DNA from: Camelus dromedarius
Lineage: Eukaryota
DNA: 64,000 nucleotides
Assembly: GCF_036321535.1 (NCBI RefSeq)
Contig: NC_087437.1
Location: 70,620,001-70,684,000 of the forward strand
Reading direction: 5' to 3'
This document shows, piece after piece, positions 63,296 to 64,000 of the stretch; position 1 is the first letter of the stretch, and the number at the start of each line of letters is the position of its first letter. The translations under genes were made by a program, and so were the position numbers. The notes under the pieces were generated by a model, which was not told where the DNA came from, searched no databases, and was given only the letters and a program-made list of their open reading frames with translations.

Positions 63296-64000
63296 AATCT
63301 ACACACTGATTTTTATTGCCAGTAATAAGAAATACTGGTGTATTTCAGTCATGTGAGATGTGTTACAACAAATTTGTTGCTAATAATAAACTTCTGATGT
63401 ATACGTGTATGGTTATTATTTTAAAAATTAAATAAACATGAGATTGACCCTATAATAAAGTTATACTCATACACTTGTGTTTTCTAATGTGCTTTATTAA
63501 GTGAGAGAAAATGGGTAATGTTTTAGTTTATACTCCAGAAATTGCAGATAACCATAGGTAAATCCATGAGCATGTGTTAAAATCTAAATATCCCTGTACA
63601 TCATGGTGGGAAAAACAAAGTTGAGTACTTCAAAGTCATACTGTGGGAATGGTGGCAGTATACCATCATTTGAAGTGTCTGATCAAATTTAACAGGCTTT
63701 TGAATGACTCTCTTTTGGGATACTTGTTGCTGTGATTATGTGAATCTAGTCTGAAATGAGACATGGTGAAGTCTTGATGTCTGTTTTCTATATCTGTGAT
63801 CAGCACCAGAGAAGAGTCTGCCTTCCCTGAGTGAGATTAATGAGGCCCCAGAACATAAATCACAATGAGACAGGAAGTTCAAAACTCTCTTCCTGCATCT
63901 CAGTGTCCATGACATGGACATTTTAAAGTAATTTCCAGGGTGCAGTGACCAAGGTGATCACCCTTGTTAGGATGGATGTTACCACAAGCCTCCTTCTTCT

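Noticed and set aside
1..64000. Known miRNA, snoRNA or snRNA genes (looked by eye for let-7, miR-99/100, miR-125, miR-181, miR-199/214, U2, U8)
   Set aside because: No mature-sequence match seen; a by-eye search is not exhaustive, so an Rfam/miRBase scan is still needed
1..64000. Naming the host gene
   Set aside because: The architecture fits many large regulator genes with non-coding 5' exons, but no sequence was recognised with certainty

Overview
This is AT-rich, CpG-depleted mammalian nuclear DNA with no recognisable protein-coding exon, rRNA, intact tRNA, CRISPR or prokaryotic feature. The ORF-track entries are short, not codon-like, and many lie in repeats, so I treat them as spurious. 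Two tRNA-derived SINEs match my recollection of the camelid Vic-1 family. I saw no Alu, Bov-A/BovB, PRE-1, CanSINE or B1/B2, which suggests alpaca, llama or camel. The other repeats are ancient: MIR, L2, L3/CR1, MER5A/B, MER81, MLT1B and L1M. Between them lie repeat-poor blocks that look like conserved enhancers (about 23.8-24.3, 30.4-32.3, 40.1-40.35 and 43.2-43.4 kb). A probable + strand promoter region sits at about 49.2-50.7 kb, and there are several small candidate + strand exons (best: 53381-53428, 37775-37905). The overall picture, which is inference, is part of a very long intron or multi-promoter 5' region of a large gene transcribed on +. I could not identify the gene, and I found no convincing novel biological system. 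Repeat family names come from remembered consensus sequences and most boundaries are approximate.
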